Positions 1 to 11,171 of a stretch of 64,000 nt of DNA are shown piece by piece. A model generated the notes under the pieces. The model was given only the letters and a program-made list of their open reading frames with translations, was not told the DNA's origin and did not search any database. The number at the start of each line of letters is the position of its first letter. Positions within the stretch are counted from its first letter, which is position 1. The DNA is from Eremomyces bilateralis CBS 781.70 (Eukaryota): the NCBI GenBank assembly GCA_010015585.1, contig ML975158.1. One strand, given 5' to 3'. A program made the position numbers and the translations under genes.

Positions 1-611
1 GCATGGACACAGTCCAAAAACAATTTTGATTTCCGAAGCTGGATAGCCCACTGCATAAATTTGGAGTCGTCCACTGCCAAGTAATACGTCTTCCGTACTT
101 CGGCGGCTAGGTCGGTGGATCTGAGTCTTGTTCGGAAGTCGTGCGCAATCGCTGCGCTTGCATTGTGGAAATACACAAAGGCCAAATGGCTATCATCCCC
201 TGGCTCTCTGGGATATGCCAAAGTACGTTTCGCTGACTGGTAAATGTGTCTCATTCCGGCCACCTGCACTTCTTTCTCCTCCTTATCATCCTGGTAGATA
301 CAGAGAGCATCAATCCAGAACAGAGCCGACGATGTAATCTCCCGCTTCTGCCGTAATATTAGAAAACCCAGAGCGGAGACAAGATTCGTCCCTCCCCAGA
401 GAAAGCTACCATCTCCGCACGCGATGCGCTGTCTATCAGGGTTGGGGCCCCAGACGTACGACAGTGTTTCGAAGGGTCCTTTCGCTGTATCCGATCGAGT
501 GTGGATGATAGTAACCTCCGGAGTAATCGTGGACGGCGTGAATGATATGTCCGGAAGTCGGACGAGGCGAATTTCACCTTCAGTTAGCGGGCGGTATCGA
601 TAAACAGGCAT
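1..611 (-). CDS. HET-domain (heterokaryon incompatibility, HET-6-like) protein, 3' end outside the window
   Basis: Not in the ORF track because it has no stop inside the window. Hand translation from ATG 611: MPVYRYRPLTEGEIRLVRL...FETLSYVWG...TNLVSAL...LFWIDALCIYQDDKEEKEVQVAGMRHIYQSA. This matches the HET (PF06985) motifs YxALSYxWG, WIDAxCIxQ and QVxxMxxIY. Confidence 0.85.
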   Translation of the reverse strand, partial: MPVYRYRPLTEGEIRLVRLPDISFTPSTITPEVTIIHTRSDTAKGPFETLSYVWGPNPDRQRIACGDGSFLWGGTNLVSALGFLILRQKREITSSALFWIDALCIYQDDKEEKEVQVAGMRHIYQSAKRTLAYPREPGDDSHLAFVYFHNASAAIAHDFRTRLRSTDLAAEVRKTYYLAVDDSKFMQWAIQLRKSKLFLDCVH

Positions 612-1508
612 TCTCTTTCTTGGACTATCTGTACTTCGATAGATGAAAGGGGCGTAAAAGGCGGTTAGTTGACTTAGAAGGCGAAATAGGAAGTAAAATC
701 TGGAGAACAAGGCATTCCAAGTCCTCACTTGATCGCTTTTTTTGGCGTTGCGAGTTGACGCCCTTTCATGCCATAATGAGGCTGTGTTTGACAGGAAATC
801 CGATGCTACCATTGGATACAGACGCAGGCAGCCACCAAGTTGATGATATTGGCCGAGGGTGCAGTCTCCATCGTCGGCACTACAGTAGGTGATGATACGC
901 ATAGAAAATAGTACAGTCCCGGTAGGCCGACTCTGGTTAATATCTAAAGAAACCCATAGATGTATAAAGCAGCATTTTAACGCAGGGAAAAGAGATTGTG
1001 TAGAAAGAAGGACATCAATCAGAGAAGGTTGCGTTGGTATGTAGCAACGTATTAGTACGAGTAGGTATCCGCTTACAAGCTTTAGAAGTGGTAACTTACA
1101 CTTTGGACTTACCCATAAAACAATAGTATGAAATTCAGGGAAACTAAAGTCAAAATCATAAAGTCTGCTTGGTCTTGGGGTCAGGTAGGAAATACATCGA
1201 TGTTGAGCAGCTTTCAGGAGATAATTCAAGCTAACTTAACCACTTCGGGATTAAAATACCACGCTACTTTCAGAACAGCCCCAGCATTGCGTCGTGTTGT
1301 TCATCTTGTTCATCATAGGCAACGTTAAGGTACCTCTTACTTACAAGAAACGTCGACGATCTCAAATGACTCAAATGCACGCTTCTGTAGCCAATTGCGG
1401 CTTTAGTGAGCACTTTCTCAATTGTTGAAACATGGGCGAACTATAGAGTACTGGAAAGACGAGAACCTGACTGCTTGTTGAGCTCGATACAAGGCATCCT
1501 CGTCCGCG

Positions 1509-2271
1509 ATGTCTCTGACTCTAAAGATTGGATCGCTTGCCATTCGAACCTTCGCCAAGCCGGTTGCCGTACGTACAAACCCACATGTATCTGCCCGGAA
1601 ACTAACGCGTGATCTAGAACTACATCAAGAGAAATGCCCACGAGCACGACCGATTCCGCAGGGGCTGCATCTCCTTCGCCCAACGCCTCCACCGCATCGA
1701 CATGCGCCTCCGCCTCGGCCTCCTCCAGGACCCTGCCGTCATCGAACGCCAGATCCAGCGCGAGATCAAGGACGCCGAGGCGAAGCGACTCGCGCTCCAG
1801 AACATGCCGACGGTCAAGACCGAATCGGAAACGCTCGTGTCCGAGGAGATAGCGAAGCGGGAGCGCCAGGGGATACGGGAGAAGGTGCGGTCGGAGAAGC
1901 ATATACCGCGGATCCGGCCGCTGTCGGAGGCGAAGGCGATAGAAACAGGGGCGAATTTCATGAGCGAGGCGTTCATGTTCCTGGTCGCGGGAGCGATCAT
2001 CGTGTTCGAGTCGTGGAGGAGCCGAAGGAAGGAGTTGAATAGAAGAGATATGGTCGCGGATCGGTTGGAGGCTTTGGAGGCGGAGAAAACTGAATTGCAG
2101 AGCAAGATCGAGCAGTTGGAGGCGGTGGTATTAGGGAAGAAGGCGGCCGTTCCGTCATCGCAGGCGGACGACACGGGAGCAGCCATGACACAGGCGGTCG
2201 GTAAGGAGCCTAGGTCGATATTGGCTTCCCTCCCGGATATTCGGAAGGTCTTCTCTAAACGAGATACTTAA
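1509..2271 (+). CDS. OPA3-like mitochondrial protein (~237 aa)
   Basis: Exons 1509-1568 and 1618-2271; intron GTACGT...CTAAC...TAG. Sequence LKIGSLAIRTFAKPVANYIK...IRPLSEAKAIETGANFMSEAFMFLVAG...E..R followed by a coiled coil. Confidence 0.9.
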
Positions 2272-2517
2272 AACCTCTTTCCGCGGTTTAGCTCTGGCGA
2301 TTGGATCCGAACGCTCGAATGCCATTGTGTATATCACGAATCTTCTCTTGATGGTACTGGTTTTTGATTGGGACGGTGTATTTATTTGGGAACTCATCTC
2401 AGCGAAGATGCTACGAAACGGAAAAGAGACAACGTATAGATATGTAGACTATTGTCCTGAAATATCAGGCCTGCCATTTGATGGCAACATGATCTACGGA
2501 GGATAAATCCGCCCGAC

Positions 2518-3633
2518 TCACTTCATCCCTGAAATGTACCTATGCTGCGTCGTCACCGCCGTGACGTTGAACGTCATCCCAACGCTGATCTCCGTCGGCT
2601 CCTTTCTCGGGATACAATGCATCCCAAACGCAGGCTTGAAAGTGAATCCATGATCGATCCGTCGGAACTCCATCATCAAGTCCCACGGCTGCTTGGGATG
2701 CTCCTCGGCCGTATCCGGATCCACGTTCGGCACTCTGCACCTCAAGCAACGAGAGATGACTTGCATATCGAGCGTATCCTTGCTCTCGCTCTTTTCCGCG
2801 CCGGTAATCCGGACCTCGCTCCAGATATCCTCGCTCCACGCGTCGCCGCCTTCGACGATGATATTCGGCCGGAACCGCTCCATCACCAACGTCAGATCCT
2901 CTCCCTCCTCTTCCAGCCGCGCGTTCAGATCTTTCAAGCTCGCTTCCGACGTGACCATCACCGGCATGATATCCGGGTACGCGATGTACTCTTCCCGCCC
3001 GATGATCTCCGGGTTACCGTTCCCTCGGAGCACGCGCTTCTCGGGGCCTTTTCTCACTAGGAGGACCTCGCGACCGAACAACTCGGTGAGGGGCGCGGTC
3101 ATGCTAGCGGGATACGCCCAGCCGTCCGTGGTGGTTTTCCAGATGATGGTGGGGACCAGTTCGGTGTTCTGCTTCAGCCATTTCTCCGACGGGTGGGCGG
3201 CGATGCGGATCGTGACATCGGGTGGGTTCGGGAGAACTTTCGACGGACGGACGGTGACCACCAGCTCATCCGACTTCGCGTCGTAGACGGGGGTGATGAG
3301 CGTCATTTTTGCCATTTCCCGGATGGTAAGGAATTTCTTGGTCGCTGCGTCCACGAACATCCATTGACGGTCGAGCTCCAGGCCGGTCTTCAGCATCTTG
3401 GACTTCTCAAGGCGGATTCCACGACATGATTTGATGGGATAGGTGTACAGTCCCGTTATCTTGGTGGGTGGCGGCAGTGGAATCTCTGTATTTGGTGCGG
3501 GGGTCTGGGGAGTCCGCGTCTCGAAGAAGTAAATGAGAAGAGGGACCGTCGTGAATAAGAAGGCAAACAAGGTAGTGAATAGTCCCCCGACGGTGATTTC
3601 GAACTCCTCCATGTTGAAGAGTTGGTCGAACAT
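2518..3633 (-). CDS. MOSC-domain (mARC-like molybdenum cofactor) protein with N-terminal TM helix
   Basis: Motifs YPIKSCRG, LDRQWM, ERFRPNIIVEG, WSEDIW, RCLRCRVPNVDPDT. First ATG at 3633. Confidence 0.9.
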   Translation of the reverse strand: MFDQLFNMEEFEITVGGLFTTLFAFLFTTVPLLIYFFETRTPQTPAPNTEIPLPPPTKITGLYTYPIKSCRGIRLEKSKMLKTGLELDRQWMFVDAATKKFLTIREMAKMTLITPVYDAKSDELVVTVRPSKVLPNPPDVTIRIAAHPSEKWLKQNTELVPTIIWKTTTDGWAYPASMTAPLTELFGREVLLVRKGPEKRVLRGNGNPEIIGREEYIAYPDIMPVMVTSEASLKDLNARLEEEGEDLTLVMERFRPNIIVEGGDAWSEDIWSEVRITGAEKSESKDTLDMQVISRCLRCRVPNVDPDTAEEHPKQPWDLMMEFRRIDHGFTFKPAFGMHCIPRKEPTEISVGMTFNVTAVTTQHRYISGMK

Positions 3634-4539
3634 TTCGATTCCGTCGTCCACCGTGTCTGAGTACCAAAAAGATCGAATGCGCAACCAAAAGCTTAGCGGG
3701 TGTGATGATGATGGCTTATACCATTCACTCTCTGTTCCGTAGTCTGGGTCTCGTACCGGATTAAACAGTAGATATCCCTTTTCTATGTTCTTGAAAAGAA
3801 GACTGTGAGATGCATCTGATGTACGTATCAGGTTTGCAGCTTGATGACTTTGACGTCCAATATCACTTGCCTAATCCGGAAAGGCTGATATCATAAATCT
3901 GCTGGAACGTCTCCGCTCGAGATCTACGGGGAATTTTTCACCTGCAATTGCACTTAACCGTAAGGAGAGCGTGGAATCTGCATATAAACTAGACCGTTGG
4001 TCCCTTACCTAGGCACATAAGCATTGGTTAAATAGTTCGCAGGATGAAAAAAGGCCCAGACTCGCCTGAAGCAGTAAGCAGGGCAAACCCCACGGGTCCC
4101 GATTACAGACGCTTATGAATCCCGGAAATCAATTGTATGATACAGGATCCAATACGAACTCACAAAACCATTCCGAAGGGCGAAATAATGTAGCGGCATT
4201 CACGTGAGTAATACGGTGGTCGTACCAATCGGCATGCGAAAAGGTCAAGGCAATAGCCTTCTCATTGTTTAGTGGGTATGCGAATATCGGAACTGGAAGA
4301 TGCTACTCTAAATAGTACTCCGGAATCCATGCTATTCTTCCATGATTTTTGGGTCGAAGCGATTCGTCCCTGTCGCCGCATGGGCGCTTCAACTCTTTCT
4401 TCCACTGCGGAAAGAGTGCTGTGACGCCGTGAAACGCCGTCAGAGGTCCGAAACCATGACCTTAGACTCCACGCGTTCCATTAGCTTCTTCCTCCGTAGA
4501 GGTGCTCATTGCGCGCATGTGTCGATCATCCATCCTCTC

Positions 4540-7500
4540 TCATTGATACCCCACCCCCTGCATAGCATTCGCCAACCTCTCCTCCATGGTCTGCGGCCGA
4601 CTCTGTGGCGGCCGTGACCCTTGCTGCGTACTTTGCGGTTGGTACGAATAGGGCAGAGCGTTCAAGCCACCCAGGCCACCATGCTGCGCTTGATTGATCA
4701 ACATATTAGCCGCCTGCAGTCCGCGTGCGACCGCGGGGTTGTTCGATATCACCTGGCCCGACACCGCGTGATGAGCGGTTTGTCTCGCTTGATTCGCCGC
4801 GCCGTCCCGTCCGGGAACAGCGATGCCCATTTTATTCTCTCGCTCTTTCTTCTTCCGCTGGACCAAGTGGCCTTTCACACCACGGAGATACTTGATGGCC
4901 GCGTCTACGAGCTCTTGGTCCTCGTTGCTCATCTGCAGGCAAGCTATCATTTCACGAACTTGGGTTTCGGAGTTGATATGCGGACATGTTCGACCTTGGC
5001 CATAGTGAGCGAGGCCGCAGAGCGGACAGTGTTCCACACCAGCGACTTTCAACGGACAAGATCCGACGGCATGTACCTGTGAACAAGCAGGACAGGCGCG
5101 TTGTTTTGGTAGCGGCTTGTGAGGATTTGTGGGGTCGGGGATCGGCGGAGCGAGGAGCCTCGCTTTGGGAACTCGCACGCGTTTGAATGGAGCTGCCGAG
5201 GATTAACAGAGTTCCAAGTGGTGGAAACAAGATACTCACCAGAATTCGATCCATACTTGACCCTCCCATTTCCGCCTGAAAGTTCCTGTGCCTGGGACTT
5301 AAGAACAGAGGGAGGCGCAGCCCCTGGAAACGCTCTGACATCGGGTCCAGTATCAGGTTCAGCAGTCGCTCCAGCAAAAGCAAGTCCCCCCTTTGGATCT
5401 GCCACAAACCTCTCTACCAACTCACCAGGCTGAAGAGGTACAGTCGGTTCTTCTTCACTCTCCTCTTCTTCCGCGCCCTCGTCTTGAAAGTCCGTGTCGC
5501 TGTCGGCACTGTCGGCATCACGCATGCGGCGGTTGCGTTTTTTGATCGGCGGGAGATCTTTATCTCCAACGACTTCCGCATCAAGATGATTGCCTCCGGA
5601 ATAGTCAACTACCGCTTTGGTCCGCCTTCCACGCCCCAGCAACTGTTCTCGAGCACGAGCTTCCTCGGCAGCCATGCGTTCACGCTCACTAAGGATCTTG
5701 GTCCACACGGTAGGGTCCGGTTCATCATCGGACTTGTCGTCCAGGGTATCCTGTAACCCGTCGTTCTCCCAGACTCGCGCGAAGCTGAATTGCGTGTCGG
5801 CCGATTGATTGGCTCCGGTCTTCGTGCTTTCGATCATCGACCGATCGAGCAGCTTCTCGATGGCGGTATCATCGTACTTGATCTCCACTTCCTCATTTTT
5901 CTCGTCGGAAAACAATTCGGCGGCACCGTGCCTCAAGATAGAGGCCACATCACGGTCCTCGAGGTCATCGGCGTCAAGTGTACCGACGATGACGTGCTCC
6001 AACGCCATCTTCTTCCGGCCGATGGAGAGGATCTTTTCCTCTGGCGAGGCACGGGTCATCATCTGGAAGCAGACGACCTTGTGAGTCTGACCGATGCGAT
6101 GAGCTCGCGAAATGGCCTGGAGGTCTTGATGGGGGTTGAAGTCCGGGTCAAGAAGGATGACAGTGTCAGCCGTGGCAAGATTGATTCCGACACCACCTGC
6201 CCGAGTTGAAAGAAGGAATGCAAAGTACGGAGAATCCGGCGCGTTGAACTGATCGATTCGTTTCTGTTTCTCCATTGCGGAGATCGTTCCATCAAGGCGG
6301 CGATGAAGTAAGCCCAGACCATCAAGGAAGTCTTCCGCGATGCTCAACATATCCAAGAATTGGCTGAAGATGAGACAACGGTGCCCACGCTCTTTGAGCT
6401 TCGGAAGGATCATCTCAAGCCACTGGAGCTTTGCAGAAGCCTCGACAAGATTGCGATGCAGCACGATAGAGGATTCATTGCGCTCCTCAATCTCTTGATT
6501 ATAGACGAAGGGATGGCACAATACTTTTCGAAGCTGCATCAGCACGTTGTTCAGGTTCGCACGATCATTCTTGTGTACCGTCTGGCGGTTAACCAGGGTC
6601 TTGAGCAACTCGGGCTTTTGGGCCAGGATCGACTTGCAAACCTTTTTCTGAAGGAAGCTCATTGTAATCGGGACAATGACATGACCCAACGGAGGAAGAA
6701 TGTCGCTAAGAGCTTGCACCTTGGTCCTGCGGAGGATGTAAGGCCGAATCAGTTCATGCAGCTCTTTAATGCGTTCGTTCGTAAGATCCTCAAAGTGCGC
6801 GTCCAGGCTCCCGGCGTGGTTCTGATCATCGAGGAATTGAAGGAGATTGAACAGCTCGCGGGCGTTGTTCTGCAGCGGCGTGCCGGTCATAAGGATGCGG
6901 AAGGCAATCTTGAAGCTTTTCAATGCGGTATACAGTCGTCCAGAATCATTCTTAAGCCGCTGACCTTCGTCCACGATAAGTCCTTGCCACGGCACGCCTC
7001 TCAAAGGAGCTCGAGCGTCGTCGTCGGAAACCGCATCGTATGAAGTGACGACAATGTGCGCCTTCAGATCCTTGCTCTTATCCGGGTAGAGTTCATACTC
7101 CTTAGATAGCATACGAGCAGCCGCAGTGCCGTAGTAAGTGACGACTTTAAGATTCGGTGCCCATTTTTGGATCTCGCGACGCCAGTTCGGACAGGTTGAA
7201 TTTGGAACGACCACAAGGAAAGGCCAGCAGTGATACTCGTGCACCATATGCGCAAGGAAACCAATGATTTGAATCGTTTTTCCCAGACCCATCTCGTCGG
7301 CCAAAATCCCGTTCGCTTGCTGATGCCATCGGTAGTAGATCCAATTCAAACCTTCCAACTGATAATCCATCATCTTCATGTCTTTCTCGAGGTCACCAAA
7401 GTTGGGCGGTTGCTTCTTCAGCTCAAGCTTGATGAACTGTTGTGCGCGGGCCTTTTCCAAACGACCTCTGAGTGGGCCGCTCTTGGGGATCCGGATATAC

Positions 7501-10105
7501 CTCCCCACAACCCAATCTTTATACGCAGTCTTAAAATCATCCCATCGTTCCCCGTCTTCGGTGGTGGGGACGGTTTCCCAGACTGCTTCTTCGTAAGGTA
7601 GACCCTTGTACTTGATCAGAGCCTTGTCGACTTCTTTCATGCGAGCAATGTCGACCTGTTCGGTTTGGACGTCAACGTAATTCGTATACTTCACACTTAA
7701 AACAATGTCAATCCGGAGGAAGTCTTCCGGGATAGCATCCTCAGTCCTCATCTTTGGGCCAGTGTCTTTGGTCGTAAATGCGCGCCGCATTGCAGGGGCA
7801 GTCACTCCCCAGGTCCAGCCACCAGGCATCCATTTGGCACGGAAGTAAGAGAGCTTCTCCCACTTGACCAAGTATTCTAGCTCCTCCTGATACATTTCAC
7901 TCGCTCCAATGCCCTGCACATACGTATCTGGATCGATGGGTCGCCATGCGATCATCCCAGAAACTTTCGCGGGCATCGTGGAGCAGTCCTGACATTTGAA
8001 GTCCCGCGAGTATTCGTAGAATCGAGTCTGGGCAAGTTCATAGACATCTTGAGCATCTACCGACATCTGGACCGCGTTTCGAGGTGTCAGATGATGGAAA
8101 TGGAAGGCCAGCCAACAGTGTGTGCAGCGGAAGAGCACGCAATCGACGTTGTTAATCAGCTTCGTGTCGACATCAATGATCGGATCATCTCCGAAATTCT
8201 CTTGGCGTTCCTTCTGCTCTTGTTGTGTGGACTTGCGTTCACGGAAGGGTGCGCAAGCCGGACCGGTCTCCTTGCAAATTTGACATTGGCCGTGATCGGG
8301 AGCGGTGTGGTCTTTCTTGCGGGCCACATTCACACACCGACGACATTGTAAGACAAAGTTGTCAGGAGCAACTTTGGAAACAATGTGTTCTCTGCCGGTC
8401 CGATGACCAATGCACTGCGGATGGTAGGCAAGGACACAACCTTGGCAAAAGATCAATTGTCCACCAGGCAGGCCACAGCTATCGCAATACTGGCAGTGTC
8501 GTTTGCGGAACTCATTCGTCGTGGGCAAGTCCTGGTAGATCTCCTTGGTGACCTGAACTTTCGGCGCTGCCTTTTCGTTGCCGGAATCGTCTCGGTAGAT
8601 GTCTTCAACATCGATTTTTTGCATGTCCTCTTGATGGCGGTTTGCACGACCAGATCGCCGGGTAGGACCGTCATTGCAGCGTCCCTTGCGCTTCTTCGAT
8701 AGTAGAACATCAGAGCGCAAGAGATTGAACGCGTTGTTGCTACCGTCCTCACCCTCGTCGTCCGAATCTTTCCGGCGCAAAGAATACCGTTCGCTTCGCC
8801 TGGTGATATTGCCGTTACGTGTAGTCTTCTTCTGTACCTTGCGTATCTTGCGTTTGCTACGCCGCGGGCGCCCGTAGTCATCCTCATCCACATTGCTAGG
8901 GCTCCCCTCAGTCTCATCTTCGCTCACTGGGTAATGGATACCGTCAGATTCCGAACTGTCATCTCGATGGCGTCGCTGGTTTCCGGTCACTCTTCGGCGT
9001 TTGGAGGTATGACGCCCTGCAAAGCGACTGCTGGGGCCTTCGCCGTCTGAAAACTCCACATCCACCCAATCAACGTAGCCCTCTCGCATGGTTGATTTCC
9101 GTGTCTGTCTCGGTTGAGCCATCTCGCTGTCGTCACTCTCGGGTTCGTCTGCTTGAAATCTGTGAAGTGCCGCTCTACCGTTGGTGAGCTTCAGCAGATT
9201 GTCAAAGATGACCTTTAGCTCTAATGATTAGTGACTGATATCGTTTGTATGTTGCAGAAAGCTGGGTTTAAACCGCGATTTAAGTGGGGTCGGATTGAGA
9301 CAGGTGAAGAGGAAGCAAGACAGTAAGTGAGGGATGAGTATATCTAGGGGTGAGATATGTCACCTTGCGATGGTTAGGCAGAAGTGGCTGAAAAGAAATC
9401 GAGTAAGGCGTATTATTAGAGGAAGATGTTGAGGTCACAGGGCTGATGCGACTTCTAAAATGCGCCTGGTAGGTTCATCTCATGGCCAAGTCGCCTCCCC
9501 TGACGCGCTCGAGGTGAGAAGTCACTTTAAGCAGCAGGACTTAGAGAACAGTCCGAGGAAATTAAAGAGCGCGTGAGTAGACTGGTAAGAAATCGAGAGA
9601 ATTGAGTGTGAGGAGTAGAGGGGGGAACCGAGACCACGACAGAGAAGTGTCAAAGAGTGTAAGGAAACCGATGAAGAGACCGGGCAGAAGGAATCGGACT
9701 TACCATCTGTTCCCGTCCATACGCGAATCGAATGTTATAAGACAGTCCACCGTCGATGTCGTCCACTTCATCGAGTACCCTTCGTACAACCATCTCGTCC
9801 GGATCATCATGATATACTCCCTTCCCCTTGAACGGAGGAATGACCACTCCTACAAACGCACTAGACACGACGGCCAAGTCTTCTTCATCGGCATCCTTCT
9901 TGTCGACATCATCGATATCCATACCATCCTCAAATCCAAGTCGATTTGAAGGCGGCGAGCTCTCCTCACCCTCGGCCACGAACAGTTGCCCGGGTGGCGA
10001 ATGAACGACTTTCTGCTTCTCGGGTCGGGGAGCGTCATGTTGAAAGGACGCGAGGGCGGTGTTCGCGTCCAAAGACCCTTCTTCGGAGGAGTCGCGTTCA
10101 GACAT
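4540..10105 (-). CDS. mit1: CHD3/Mi-2-type SNF2 chromatin remodeler (Mit1-like), ~1675 aa
   Basis: Exons 10105-9704, 9212-5240 and 5192-4540 splice in frame. Contains PHD-like Cys/His clusters, chromo-like segments, SNF2 motifs (ILADEMGLGKT, VDEGQRLKN, TGTPLQN, QAISRAHRIGQ) and a C-terminal CxxC..H..C zinc-finger pair. Confidence 0.85.
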
Positions 10106-10883
10106 AGTGGAATCAGAATACTACAAAAGGACTTTGAGATCAAAGGTCGGTCGTGGAGAGCGAGGTGTGGTGTCTATCAAGCCATCGATGTGTGGATGGT
10201 GCGGTGGATAGCGGTGGAGGCATAGTGAAAGTATGAGGAACCTGCCAACACCAAAAGAAGTGGGAAGTGAAAATGAAGTGTAGTTAAGAAATGAAAGTGA
10301 GAAATGCCCAAGTTCCGGCCAAGTTCCGAAGTACCTCCAATTCCGGTATTAATGAAGCTCCCCAGGACGCGATTCACACCCGACTCAAACGACGCGTTTT
10401 GGAACAGGTCACGTGCCACATGAAATGATAGGTCACGGAACTATCATGTGGCCCCGTATTCCACCACTTGACACTTGTTGGTTGTGCAGTTCTAATTATT
10501 ATCATTATCGTTCAAATTTCTATGTTCATGCCTGTTACAAACGTTACTTATTAAGGTATTGTGAAGAAATGTGGATATGAAGGTGCTAGATGCCATGGCC
10601 AGACATACACGACGACTTATAGTTGTCACAGAATATCTGTGTTTCTTGGCGTTTCCCCACGGCTTCATTCCGTATTCGATTCTATCCCTATTCTTTCCCT
10701 CTTTAGGGAGTAGATCACCATTGTAAACCATATAAAATAGCTGCAGGAACAGCCTGTTTTCGTAGGATCCGGCTCTTCAGGGTCAAGTTCAATCTATCTA
10801 CGCTCTTTTGGAATCTAACGGGGTTTTCCCACCGTGTCTCTGCATTAATCACCTGATTGAGCGAAACTGCTATTTATCTCACA

Positions 10884-10936
10884 ATAGTTAACTAAGTTAA
10901 CTTAACTTAGTTAGTTAGTGGCTATTAGTTAACTAT
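10884..10936. repeat. AT-rich nested inverted repeat / palindrome
   Basis: TAACTAAGTTAA-C-TTAACTTAGTTA (10889-10913), plus outer arms ATAGTTAACTAA (10884-95) and TTAGTTAACTAT (10925-36). Confidence 0.8.
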
Positions 10937-11171
10937 CATGAACACTGAACGCGCTAAAAGGCACGAGACGCGTCGGTTCACATGGAAGCCACGTAACCCC
11001 GTGATCCATCGATTTGATACCATATCACGTGACATCGTCGACTCTGGTGATCTAGTCCAGAGCTTGGTGGTTGTCCGATCTTTTTCTTCGATACAAGATT
11101 TATGAACCGTACATATAAATCTAGTCGTTTTCTCTCGAAGAAATGGCGCGCTGCATCCCCCGAACTGAGCG

